Part shown: positions 23,451 to 51,154 of the stretch, piece by piece
Numbering within the stretch: position 1 is the first letter of the stretch
Layout: the number at the start of each line of letters is the position of its first letter
Assembly: GCF_009914755.1 (NCBI RefSeq)
Contig: NC_060925.1
Reading direction: 5' to 3' (one strand)
Length of the DNA: 64,000 nt
Source: the human T2T-CHM13v2.0 reference genome, Homo sapiens
Program-made: the position numbers and the translations under genes
The notes under the pieces: model-generated
What the model saw: the letters and a program-made list of their open reading frames with translations, nothing else
Told to the model about the DNA's origin: nothing
The model's database searches: none

Positions 23451-24344
23451 GTAGGACTCTCTTCCTCACTTTTTCTAAATTATTTTACAGAGCTATATTT
23501 TAGAAACCCATTTAAGGATTTTTTTACTCTGTCTTCATTTCTTATTTGCACTATGCCATGTTTTCTGCTTTGCACACACGCTATGAGATCCTCAGTACTG
23601 ATCCCAGAAGGTGACTTTTCGGTTGCATGTTTCGTGCCTCCTCATGAGGGAGGAGGCGCAGCATAGCCTCAGTTTGGCTCTCCTGCTAACAGGAAAGGAA
23701 CAAAAGGTCCTCTGAGGCTATGCTATAAAAGCTCAAAAGAGTCCTAGATGACTCTGTCCTTCTGACAAGATCATGCAGCAATTGTCTCCATTTTTCTGAC
23801 AACAGGCAAGTGTAAGAATCAGTGTGCTTATTGTTGAATACTGGCAAATTATTGGATGTTGTTGATATATTCTGAGTTACGTCACATCATATATTTTTGT
23901 ACGGTTTTTATATCCCATTTTGAAATCTTTTTTCTCCCTCATTATAAGTAGGCCTGGAAAAAACCTGTTTCCTGATTTTCAGTAAATGTGCTCTGCTTGG
24001 ATACAGAAGATTCTGTCTCTGTCAGTATAGAATAGCCATCAAGTTATTAATTTTATCAGAAATGCAGAATGAAGTGTGGTGGGTATACTCACATTGTTGA
24101 TATCTAACATTCTAAAGAGATGGTTAATGAATAATGAACTGCACAAAAATTTGGTAATAATATGGAGAAAAAGGCAAACATCATGGCTAATTTGTAAGTT
24201 AGGTAATCAGTTCCTGAATAATCCAATTTAGCCTTTGTAATGAGTAGCAAATATTAGCCAGTGTGGAATTAAGAAGTATATTCACAAATCTGTTTCATTT
24301 TATATTTACTGTTTTTTAAAAACAGCACTTATAAAAGCACTCAC

Positions 24345-25010
24345 TTCTCCAGCATTTAAGAGGATGTGGAGAAATAGGAACACTTTTACACTGTTGGTGG
24401 GACTGTAAACTAGTTCAACCATTGTGGAAGTCAGTGTGGCGATTCCTCAGGGATCTAGAACTAGAAATACCATTTGACCCAGCCATCCCATTACTCGGTA
24501 TATACCCAAATGACTATAAATCATGCTGCTGTAAAGACACATGCACACGTATGTTTATTGCGGCATTATTCACAATAGCAAAGACTTGGAACCAACCCAA
24601 ATGTCCAACAATGATAGACTGGATTAAGAAAATGTGGCACATATACACCATGGAATACTATGCAGCCATAAAAAATGATGAGTTCATGTCCTTTGTAGGG
24701 ACATGGATGAAATTGGAAACCATCATTCTCAGTAAACTATCGCAAGAACAAAAAAGCAAACACCGCATATTCTCCCTCATAGGTGGGAATTGAACAATGA
24801 GATCACATGGACACAGGAAGGGGAATATCACACTCTGGGGACTGTGGTGGGGTGGGGGGAGGGGGGAGGGATAGCATTGGGAGATATACCTAATGCTAGA
24901 TGACGAGTTAGTGGGTGCAGCGCACCAGCATGGCACATGTATACATATGTATCTAACCTGCACAATGTGCACATGTACCCTAAAACTTAAAGTGTAATAA
25001 AAAAAAAAAA
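24345..25010 (+). mobile_element. 5'-truncated L1PA2 (copy D) with a tiny 5' inverted segment
   Basis: TSD AAAAGCACTCAC at 24333-24344 and 25009-25020; last ~650 bp of L1 plus A tail. Confidence 0.96.
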
Positions 25011-26426
25011 AAGCACTCACCTACATATTCTAACCAAGTAGGATTAATGTTTAATTCTGCAAATGGCACGACTTTCATTAAAGTCCTTGCATGTTGGTGG
25101 TTTTGGCCTCTTCACACTCCTGTCTCTTTTTTTCTTACTTTTTCTCTCTCTCATATTTTTTTATCTAACCATTTTGGAGGATTATAAATATATGCTGATT
25201 AGAAATCTATTTTTATATGAATGTGTCATTCAGAGCTAGAAATATATAACTTATAATCTGAGAGTATACTGATCTTTAGAAAGTGATATATCATCTACTT
25301 TGAAAAGTACCAAAGACCATTGGATGCCACAAAAAAAGGTATATGTTCATTATATGCTTGTGAAAGACAAAAGTAATTATTTAAAACATTTTTCTACTAC
25401 TTTGAAATTCTGCAAGCTGATTAACACTGGCTTTTGTAAAGAGGTTAGGAAAATTTATATCATTTCCAAGTTTATTTAAGAGGGTCTGGTTTATGGCATA
25501 TGCAACATTTTTTTCCCCTAGCATATAGTATATTTTCAGCCAGTCAGTGACTTTCCCCTCAGCTTTTCTCTGATTGATACTAGATACTTTCTTCACATAA
25601 CTAAAACAGATGGTTCTAATGTGCTTGCAGCTTCTGACTTAACATTTTGCTCCATTGTAGTAAAAATAGTATTTGCCTTGTTATGTAATATTTAGAGGGG
25701 AAATAATCTGAAACATTACCAAACACAAAAATAAAAGTTGAACGATTGGCACTTTTAAATAGTTGATACACTTTGATTTGGTGTTGCAAATAATAATGCA
25801 ACCTTGAATTCATTTGAAAATACTCATCAGTACATTCCCAGAGCTCATGTGGCCATTTTAGATTATCAGTATACATTTTACAACATGACTAAACCATTTT
25901 AAAACTCTTTCTGAATGAAGAATATTGTAAAATGTATATCTGAGATACTTTATTATCGAAAAGTAGCTTAAATCACACTAAATTTTGTGAAGATGTAGAA
26001 AACAAAATTACATTAGACATAGTATTAAATAAAAGCAATAAAAGTTTTTAAGGATTTTAATGCTGTACTGAGCTGTATATACATAAAAATAATTTCACAA
26101 CAGTCTTTGGTAATGGATATGAGCAGAGATGTATACATCCTACCCTGTAGACCGCTTGGTTTGTGATTGACCCGGTTCCTTCCCATCTTGATTTACTGTT
26201 ATTTAGTATCTCATGCCAGGAAACCTTAAGTTTGATGATAGCTCACAAATAGGATAGCATATCTATGAGTAATTTAGTATAGCATACTTATGAGTAATTT
26301 AGAATGGAATATTATTCTCAAGCTTCCACATCCACTTTTCTTTGCTTTTTGTATCCAATTTGAACCACAGTCTTTTATTTTATGACCCCCATCCCATATT
26401 CCCAAAAGCTGCCTGTGTGTAACCTT

Positions 26427-26507
26427 TAAGGCTTAAAGGTAGTCTAACCATTTAAAGGTAGTCTAAGGCTTAAAGGTAGTCTAACTGTGTAGTCTAACTG
26501 TTCTAAC
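26427..26507. repeat. Irregular short tandem duplication (AAAGGTAGTCTAA x3 plus partial units)
   Basis: Read directly from the sequence. Confidence 0.85.
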
Positions 26508-26659
26508 ATTGTTTCTAGAAACATTGGTTCTAGAATAATAACTAGCATTATACCTCACACTCAGCCGTCCACCTCTGAGTTTCTATTCTGGACACCCCGC
26601 GCAGAACTGAATAAACATTAATAACACCTTGATCTTATCTCAGCTGCTTTGCTATATGT

Positions 26660-26832
26660 AAATAAGGACAGTTTTGCTTTTCCTTTACCAATCCTTATTC
26701 TTTTTCTATTTGTCTCTTGTCTTATTGCACTGACCACACCTTTAGTATAGCGTTCATATAAAGCTATCATAGCAAACATCCTTTTCTTGCTCCTGATTTG
26801 AAAGGAAATGCATCTAATGATTAACCACTAAG
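26660..26832 (-). mobile_element. Ancient L1M ORF2 fragment
   Basis: GGACAGTTTTGCTTTTCC..CTTATTGCACTGACC..TCTTGCTCCTGATTTGAAAGGAAATGC. Confidence 0.55.
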
Positions 26833-26897
26833 AAAGCTGCATCTTCTTCACATCAGCAACACAATTGTAGGCCTTTTTTTTTAAAATAGTGTTTTCT

Positions 26898-26990
26898 ATA
26901 TTAAATATAATATAATATATTATATTTAATTATATTAATTAAATATAATTTTTATATTATATTAATTAAATATAATTAATTAAAATAATT
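26898..26990. repeat. AT-only low-complexity tract with a palindrome
   Basis: ATTAAATATAATAT-aat-ATATTATATTTAAT at 26900-26930. Confidence 0.85.
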
Positions 26991-27130
26991 TTACATTTGC
27001 AGAGTACTTTGACATATATTACCTCATTTATTTTTGACAATTCCTCATCAATGGAGCCTACACTGGAGATATAATATGCTGTGCTCTTAAATTGAGCAGA
27101 AATTAAGAGAATTTCAGTGACAATAAGTTT
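26990..27130 (-). mobile_element. MIR fragment
   Basis: AGTACTTTGACATATATTACCTCATTTA..TTGAGCAGAAATTAAG; degenerate. Confidence 0.5.
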
Positions 27131-28597
27131 AGAAATCAACTCTGTTTTCAAGGATACAACAATCTGACTTTGTAGTTGAAAAGTTTTCTGTGGCTCTGGT
27201 GAAAGGAGAAATGATTTGAACTGTCACATTAGAGGGAAGACTGTTAAAAACTCATTGTCATGTTTTAATGGCCCTGTCAATTCCAGTTTTGCCTCTTAAT
27301 ATCTTTCTTCAGAGTAGGAGGAAATCGAAATGATTCAAAGCTTCTTCTGTTGTCATTAATTTGTATGGGGGAAGTTGAGCTGAAAGTATTAGTAGAATTC
27401 ATAGGTTTCTGCAGATGAAGAGGTTTGCAAATTAATAGATTTCTGCAAATGAAAGTTTCTGAAAATTTGGTTCTTCCCTCTTTCTCTCCCTGTCTTTCCT
27501 ATTGGTTAGGTCAATAACATATTTTAAAAGAATGTCCATGAGACAGGGAAGAATATACTACCACCCCAAATATACTTTGCATTTTTATTATTTAACATGA
27601 GATGTAAAAATCTGCTATAAGTTGGGAGACAGGTTGGTATAGTTTAAAGCACTGGGCATCAGGAAATCTGGTTCTGGTTTTGATTCTTTCACTAAGTAGA
27701 TCTAAGAATGAGGGAAATTTGTAAGGGTGTGGTGTCATAAGATTGTTCCGGTTCCAATGTTCTGTGATTCTCAGTGTTGTTCAAATTTTTTTTCCTGACA
27801 TATAACACATAAATGCAGAATTTAGCAGTTAAATCCTGCGTCAGTTATTAGCTCTGGCTCTCAATACTAAAGATGTAAAAGGGTCTTCTCCTTAAATCTG
27901 AAGATTTTACCTGGCCTTCTGTTACAGTGTTCGGTTTGTTACATCAAATGGAGTGCATTAGTAGTTTAGTTTTAGATATACATCTCTTTATAAGACCTAA
28001 GACCAGTTAGTCATAGTAATCAGGTAAAATATTATTCAGAACAATATGATTTAAAGTGATATTTGATGTACAATTTAATTTGTGCATATTGCTTTTTCTC
28101 ATTTTTTGTTTGGTGTAAATGCTCTCTGAAAAAAGAGGATACTGCTATTAACTTAATGGGAGAGATTGAATATATTATACAGAGATTAATACCTTTGTTT
28201 ATCTGGATTAATAATTTGATAGCATAATGGTTTATAGGAGGACAAAAATAAACTTAACCCTTATTTTACCAAATATTTTTATCAAAAAGATTGGATTTAT
28301 TATAAAAACTAGAGCAGTTAAAGTATTGTTTTGATACTAATGATGAGTTATCTGCTGCATAATTTTGGAGAATGCAAATAATCACTGACTCTTAAAATGA
28401 CATGTAATCATACATTATTTATATTGCTTTCTAGACATAGGGGGTATTTGTGATTATGAGGATGAATTATTTTTCACTTAGTTGATATTATTTTCAATAC
28501 AATTTTCTAGCCATTTGACTACTTTTAATTCAACTCTTTCTTGATGTGTCTGAATGAGCCCTAGTTGAAATGTCAGCATTTACTGAACAAATTATAG

Positions 28598-29045
<448 letters not shown>

Positions 29046-29879
29046 CTGCTCAGCCCCATATTCTTTACATAGCACTGACTAAGCGCTCCTCCTACTTCTG
29101 TGGAACTCCTTCCACTCATATCTTTGGAATCGGATGGATTCCAGAGTAGGAGCCATTTGTTGTGTGATGATAGGTGTTCCTGGATCAGATGGATCCAAAA
29201 GGATTTAGTTTGGAGCAGTGCTTTTGAGGAATCAGGAAGCACTTGGACAATCAAGCAGATTTTTCTATTCTCTGTGTATCTCCTATCTCTCCCTTGATTT
29301 CCTAGTAAGCTGCTTTGAATTATGGCAACCTTCTAATGCAGATCCAAATATGGGCTGCCAAGAAATCCTTTGAACCCCTGGGGCCACCTGCTTTGCCAGC
29401 ACATTCTAATGAGCAGTGAAATAAGTGATTTTAACAGACACTTAGAGACAGCAGCATATTCTCCAAGCAAATTAACTTCCTTACGGAACAGTGAATTCTT
29501 TCAGGTCTTATAAGAAAGACTTGGAGAACCATCCTACTGTGGATCAACATAATCATAACAGTAATAGTAAAAATTTGTAAAGCCCTGTGGTTTTGAAAGC
29601 ATTTTTTGCATGTCGTTATTTGATCCCCACAGTTACTCCATTAGAATAAAGAAGGTACCAAATTTGCATACTGATAAATATTAATCTCTTAGAGTCAGAG
29701 TTTGATTTAGTTTTTTTCCTTTTTAAATCTTTTCATATTATTCATTTTAGATGAATTGTCCAATTCTGCTTTATTGCCAAGAACAATTATGTTTATATCT
29801 ATTTAGAACACTAAATATATGCACACACATATAAATAAATCTTAGCAACCCAAAGTTGAAAAACTTCACTTATATAGGG

Positions 29880-29881
<2 letters not shown>

Positions 29882-29927
<46 letters not shown>

Positions 29928-29934
29928 ATGTATG
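29882..29934. repeat. Compound microsatellite (TG)n(TATG)n
   Basis: Read directly from the sequence. Confidence 0.95.
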
Positions 29935-30937
29935 TTTGGGGTTAATTTCATACTTACCCTTTACTCACAAGATTTCAAAATCATTTATTGTATTTGTTAG
30001 TATCATTATAGTCATACAAAAGGGTTATTTTGGGGGTTTTTTTGGTCCTCTTTAATATACGTATTAGTAGGATAGACTTTATGAGTCACAGCTCAACTGA
30101 GAAGATATAATGTGATTTTAAAATATAGATTTTTCTTCTGAGACTGTGAAAGGTCAGGGTTTGTGAAGCTAGAGTCCTGGAAAGAGAATGAGTGATTTAT
30201 AATACTCTTCAGAGTGCCTAAAGAGATTTTTAAATTTCTTCATGGTCTTAGTCCCTAAGAGCTTTCCTTGAAATAGCTTTTTAGTTTCTGTGAAGCCTGT
30301 AGTCTTTCAACTGAAAGCCTGATTGAAGCCATCACACTCTTACTAGGATACAGAAGAGAAAGGGTGGGATTTTGAGGATGATAAAAATGGATAAACTTAG
30401 AATAAAGGGATTGGTGTGACGCCTAAGGGTTTGATTATAGTCACTCTTTTTAAAAAACACTACTCTTTCAGGAGGAAAAGGAAAGTAAGATTACTATCTA
30501 AAATACAAAAGAAAAAAAAAACTAACCTGCAAAGATGAAACACAGGGAACCTTCAAATAAAATGCTCTTTATGGTGCCTCCTGAATTATGATTTTTTTTC
30601 ATATTTGAGATCTATTTCTATACTATATTCAAATGGCTTAAATATCCTAGACAAAAACTTGTAGTTGTTCTTGAATGGATTATTTTATGTTACAGAATTA
30701 TGAGGATTTATCTCCTGGTTACTAATTGTTATGCAGTTGACAATATTTTTATAAGTGAAGCCTCCTCTTCCCGCACCTTTAAAGCCTCTTCTTTAATCAG
30801 AACCCTTCGTCCTTTCTCCCTAGAAATAATGTGAATCTGAATTGCCCTACTCCTCCTTCCCATCTGTCCAAATCTTAGTTGTCCATCTCCCTTATAAAGG
30901 TAGTCCTACGCACTATACCCACAGTGATTTATAGATT

Positions 30938-31172
30938 AAAACAAATCTGGAGATCAAATGTATAACATGAGCACTATAGTTAATAAAATTGTATTGTTTT
31001 AGGGATTTTTGTTAAATAAGAAGATTTTAGATGCTCTTGTTACACAAACAAAAAAAAGTACGTGAGATGATAGATATGTTACTCTGCTTCACTGTAGTAA
31101 CCATTTTACTATAAATATATATCACATAACGTTGTGTTGTAAACCACAAATATACACAATAAAATTTATTTT
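30938..31172 (+). mobile_element. Old L1MA/HAL1-type 3' end
   Basis: GATCAAATGTATAACATGAGCACTATAGTTAATAA..GATGATAGATATGTT..AATATACACAATAAA. Confidence 0.65.
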
Positions 31173-31208
31173 TAAAATATTTTATAAAATTTAGATTATG
31201 TATTATAT

Positions 31209-39695
<8,487 letters not shown>

Positions 39696-39872
39696 TATGT
39701 ATCATATTTTGAACAATATCTGATTACTTTCATTTAAATGTTTTCTGCATTGTGTTCAGTGTTTGAGGGAAGAAGCTATCTCATATTTTCTTTGTCCTAG
39801 AGAGCCAAGTGTAGTACTAGTAACATTGTGTCAATATAATTAGCTCTGTGAATTTGACTTGATGAAAATGAG

Positions 39873-40317
39873 TATGTTAGTTCAGATCCTCTGAGAAGCC
39901 TGTCACCAAGACAGGATTAAGTGTGTAAGAAATGTATTATGGGAAATGGTTGTAAGAGAAAATAGGGAAGGAGCTGGGAGAGGCTCGGAGAGCCATTGGA
40001 TCACAACCCAAGTCTGACTCCAAGGGAAGAAGAAAGGAAAGTTAGGTGCAAATATTGTAGATGTAGTTTGTTTCTAAGGAACATTTGAAAAGACCAATGG
40101 TGAGTCGTCAGCCAAAGTTACTAATTAGGTCCCATTTCCTCAGAAGCTGGCCCACCTTAATATTCCTGCTGTGCTCAGTCACAGCTCCTGGGAACCTCAT
40201 GGGAACTATGGCCTTGGTACAAACGCAGGAATGATTTTACAGCATAGCAGTCAGTTGGGCCCTCGTTCAATTACAGCCTCTTCTGTTGGAGACCTAATGT
40301 GTATTTTTATGGCCAGA
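39873..40317. mobile_element. Old ERVL/MaLR-type solo LTR
   Basis: TGTTAGTTCAGATCCTCTGAGAAGC..CCAAGACAGGATTAAG..GGGAAGGAGCTGGGAGAGG; family not resolved. Confidence 0.5.
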
Positions 40318-40999
40318 ATACAGATATTTTAGATGAAAATTTAATGCATATAAACCCTAAAAGAGCATTCTATTTCTATCACTTACTTCTTCTGTGAAGT
40401 ACTTTTATTCATAAAAACTTTTCAGGCTACATTCCTTAGGGCAAGGCTATAGCTTTTCTTCATTTTGTATAGTTCATGAGTGGTGTCCTGTATTAGACCC
40501 TATTTAAAAATCAAAAGTCCAAGAATGTAAACTAAACACTCTGAGTAATTTACCATATTCAGTTAGTAGTTTACTTGTAATGAGGACATTACAATTTTTT
40601 TAAAAAAAATATGGTGTTCTAGTTGTTTTACATTTCTGTGTCTTTAAAAAAAGTATGTGAATTCACTTTTAAATTGTTGCCAAAGGGCTTTTTTTCTTTG
40701 CAATGTTACATAAAAGGAAACTTACATATAGGAATTTTGCCAGCTATGTTAGATAAGAAAATTGCTTTGTGAGTGTATATTTGTGAGTACATCTAGTTTT
40801 CTACATTTATTGTCTCCAGTGTTTATTTCACATCACTGAATCTATTTTTAGAGCTTATGTTGATACTCTCCTTTTTCCCCAGCATATAGGACAAATGTAA
40901 TAACCTTTTTTAAACTCATTTTTTTATTATTAGATTCAACAGAGAAAATGATACTGTTAAATTTATATATACATATATTTCCAGATTTCTGTGTATTTT

Positions 41000-44700
<3,701 letters not shown>

Positions 44701-45229
44701 TGAATGTTCTATCTTGCTCTGCCTAATGGTTTCAGGAAGGGAACAGGAAGCTTAATTACTTTTTAAAGATGAATTTTATTACCCTTTCCGTTCTTCATGA
44801 GTTTTACTTATGAGAGTTTGCAAAGATATGTTAGACCTAAATCAGTATCTCTGGCTTCAAGAATGGAAGGAAGGTACACAAAACTGGTAAACAAATTGAT
44901 TTTTGTTTTAGGCACCTGTAAAGAAAAACTGATTATTTTCAAGAAGGAAGTGAATCTAAGAATCCATAAGAATTTTAGCAATGAGTAAGACCCTATCCAG
45001 GCAGCTCCATATTCATTCCTGACGATAAATCAAATGGGTTATTTGAAAGAAAGACATAGTAATTTTCCTTGACATCAGCCAGTCATTACTGCCATTTAGT
45101 CAGCACATCCCTGTGTGCTAGGCATTGTGTTTAATCCTTAAGTTTGTATGGTGGTTTCTATTTTTACCTGTGTGTTACCGATGAAGATACCTGCTTTACT
45201 TTACCAAAAAAAAAAAAAAAAAATCCTCA

Positions 45230-47005
45230 AAAGATTGATCTATAGTTGCTGTTACTGATTCCTCTCTTCTTACTTTTTATTAAACCCTTTTCATTTAGGA
45301 TTTCACCTATACCACTTTTCTGAAAATGGTGTGGTCAGAACACAAATGTATTCCATATCATAACTCTAATTATTAAATCTCAGTCTTCTTCCTCCAGACC
45401 TGTCAGCACCATCGTGCACTGTTGATCACTCCCTTGTTCTTCAAGCACTTTCTTCACTTGGCTTCTACTACTTTTTTTCTTGCAGTCACTTTTGCTCATG
45501 CTTTCTCTTTTTCTCAACTTCTTCATTTCAGTCTTTGGACATCTGTTTTCTATCTACATTTATTGCATTGGTAGCCTCATTCAGTCTCATGGCTTTAAAT
45601 ACCATGCATTCATTGATAATTTCCAAATTTATATATCTGACCCCAACCAATTCCTTGTACTTCAAACTTATATATTCAATTGCCTATTTGATTTCTCCTC
45701 TAGAGCTCTAACAGATATCTCAAATACAGCCTATGTAAAACAGAATGTTTGATCTTTCTCACAAAAGCTGCTCACCCATAGTTTTTTTTTCCCATCTCAG
45801 CTAACAGTAACTCCATTCTTTCAATTCTTCAGTCTACAAACATTGAATCATCCTTGCTGCTAGTTTCTTCCTCTTACACTACATGTTGAGTAGGTAATAC
45901 CTGTTGTCTACCACCAGAACAGCAATCCCAGGATATTAACCCACAACACGGTTTGCAGGTATTAGGGTTGCCAAGAAAAACATGACTCACAGAGGCACTG
46001 GATGGAACAACACTGTACTCACATACAGAAGAGACAGAACAACAGTATCAGTAATAAGTGTCAGTGGATCTTGTCTCACAGCCATGGCAGGGAATGATCT
46101 GTATACACCCCTTTTGTGCTGCAAGTGAAGGACCTTGTTCGCTCTCCACCAGGGACAGAAATAGCAGTGGGGTAAGCCAGGCGCCATATGACACACACTT
46201 AAGCAGAACAAAGAAGTATAAATCAAACTCAGAAGAGGGAAAGAAATTCCTAAACAAGGTAATAATAAGCCCAGCACAGACTGTGAGGGCTCCTGTTCTT
46301 CATGTAAGAAACTATTCCAGGCCCAAGGCATATTCTTTTGCAACCATGGAATGGTCAACAGGTTGCACACGATTCCCTTGCCCAGCACCACACAACCAGT
46401 TTTTTAGGAAATCTTACTGACTCCACCTTCAAAACATAGCCAGAATCTTATTATTTCTTGCCACTTCACTGTAACTACCCTGGTCTAAACTAACATATCT
46501 CCTACCTGGTCACCTTGCTTCCAGTGGGTTTCTTTTTCATTTAGTATTAAAGCCTACATTCTTACGGTGATTTACCAGGCTGTAAACTCCACATATGACT
46601 ATTCTCTCTATCATGCATTCTGTCCCAGCCACACTGCCAGCCTTGCTCACACTTCAGAGCCCTTGCCCTGGCTGTTCTCTCTGCCTGGAACACTTATCCA
46701 AGAAATCTACATGGCTTGTTTTTTAACCTCTCTGAATCCCTTGCTCAAGTGTTACTTTCTTAATATGGCCTGCCTTAACCACTCTTTTAAATTGGAACCT
46801 CTTCTTAGCTCAGCATTCCTCAGCCCTTTTCTCTGCTTTGTCACCGTTGCACTTATTGCCTTCAAAGATACTATATACATTATTTATTTATTATGGCCAT
46901 TGTCTATCATCTTCCACTAGAAAATAAGCTATATGAGAGCAATTTTTTGTCCATTTTATTCATTGCTTACCCTAGTCTTCCACATGATAGATAATAAATA
47001 TGTGT
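45230..47005 (+). mobile_element. L2 interrupted by an ERVL-type LTR (~45901-46395, MER54/74-like)
   Basis: L2 motifs (CATTCAGTCTCATGGCTTTAAATACCAT; CAGAGCCCTTGCCCTGGCTGTTCTCTCTGCCTGGAA) on both sides of a TG...CA-bounded insert. Confidence 0.6.
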
Positions 47006-47677
47006 TGCCTCAGGGAAAGAAATGAAAGTTTAGGGAAGTTAAGTGATTCTAGTAAATGGCAGAGCTGGAATTTGAGATGTTTGGCATTCAGAACTACTAT
47101 TAGAAAACTTTTAAGTAAATTTTTTAACAAACAGTGATTTTAAAGTACTATCAACTAGTTACTGTTCTGGGCTGTATATTAAGGGGCCAATTTTGTGATC
47201 TAGGCTAATCTAAGAACCTCATAACCATATTGATTTTATAGGAAAATACATGCTGAGTTTGAAAGAAAAACTAGTAAAGAACTTTTAGAAAATGATCTGT
47301 TCATCACTGTGGACTACTTGTACTGAATACTAAAGGAGTAAGAAAACATGTAGTTGATAATGATTCTAAACGCTTGAGGAAAAAAGAACATGAGGAATAT
47401 TGGGTACTGAAAAATTTTAATAAAAATATTTATTTAGAGTCAATTTTTTAAATGTAAAATTGTAGTCTGGGAATATACCTACATTAATATTTTACTGACT
47501 TAATTTTTCCAATGCTTGTGGGCCTTCCTAAAACTAATAATTCATTATTATAATCAATAGCAATTTCAGTTTTATTAATTAAAAATATTTTGTTATGATT
47601 TTTATAGGCTAATGCAGCAATAAACTCTTTTGGTTTAGTTTTGGATATGGCTGTGTGTGTGTGTCTAGTAAGATATA

Positions 47678-49552
<1,875 letters not shown>

Positions 49553-49586
49553 TGCATATATGTATATATACTCACATACACACACG

Positions 49587-50238
49587 TGGTTGATCCTCAT
49601 TATTTACAGATTCTGTATTTGCAAATTCACCTACTTGCTTAAATTTATTTGTAACCACAAAATCAATATTCTCAATACTTTTATGGTTATTCACTGATAT
49701 GTGAATATGCAGTGTCAAAAAATTTGAGTCACCTGATGCACACATTTCAAGTTCAGGTGGAACAAGTTGATGCTCTGCCTTCTTATTTCATCTCTCATAC
49801 TGTAAACAAGTATTCTCCTGCTATATACTTATTGTCATGTGTTTTGCATTTTTGTGCTTCTTGATGATTTTTCTGTTTGAAATGTTCCCTAGGTGCAGTG
49901 CTGAAATGCTGTCTAGTGTTTCTAGGGACTCAGAGGCTGTGATGTGCCTTGCAAAAAAAATACACATTACGTAAGCTTCATTGAGGCATGAATTACAGTA
50001 ATGTTGGCCATGAGTTCAATATTAATGAAACAACAATATATATTAAATAAGGTATCTTTAAACAGAAATACACTTAAAACAACTTTGTGTATTGATTAGT
50101 TGCTGAAAATGTTGTGACCAGGGGTTCTCAGGAGCCTAGCCGTCTATTATCCCCTAGGTGTAGTAATTCAGTGTTTGCTTATTCAGTGTTGGGGCACCTT
50201 TATAGAACATAAGTATTAAGAATGATGACAATTGACTA
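49587..50238. mobile_element. Tigger4 (Zombi/MER46)-like DNA transposon
   Basis: GTTGATCCTCATTATTTACAGATTCTGTATTTGCAAATTCACCTAC..TTTATAGAACATAA..GAATGATGACAATTGAC. Confidence 0.75.
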
Positions 50239-50636
50239 TATATATTTGTACACAGTTTGCACAATTTGTGTACTTTGTACAATTATCCCCAAGAAGAATA
50301 GTTGTCATTTGTTAACTACTTCACTATTTGAATCTTACATTAACCTCCAATGAAGCCTTGAGATGTGTCTTCAATATATTTATATTCTGGAGAAATCACC
50401 CAAATTGAAATCTTAACACAAACCATTGAATGGATGATTACTAGTGAGTAATTTTCAAAATATTTTAACTAATTTTTTAAATTGTGTAATATACATTCAA
50501 ATGAATAAAAATAATGTATTATTTGAAAAAGTAACAGAAGTAACATCCTTGAACCTACAACTTAGGAAATATTACCAATATTTTTTAATACCTTCCAGGT
50601 GCTCCTCTTAGATCTAGTCTTTCCCTACCAGAGTAA

Positions 50637-51059
<423 letters not shown>

Positions 51060-51154
51060 TGAATAGTCATGAAATGCAGATTAAAAAGAAGAATTGGCAT
51101 TTTATAGTTAGGTTTTATAGTCACTCACCTGAATGTCATGAGATCCAGAGACCA

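Noticed and set aside
26427-26507. CRISPR-like repeat-spacer array
   Set aside because: Primate intron; units are 13-21 nt with no unique spacers.
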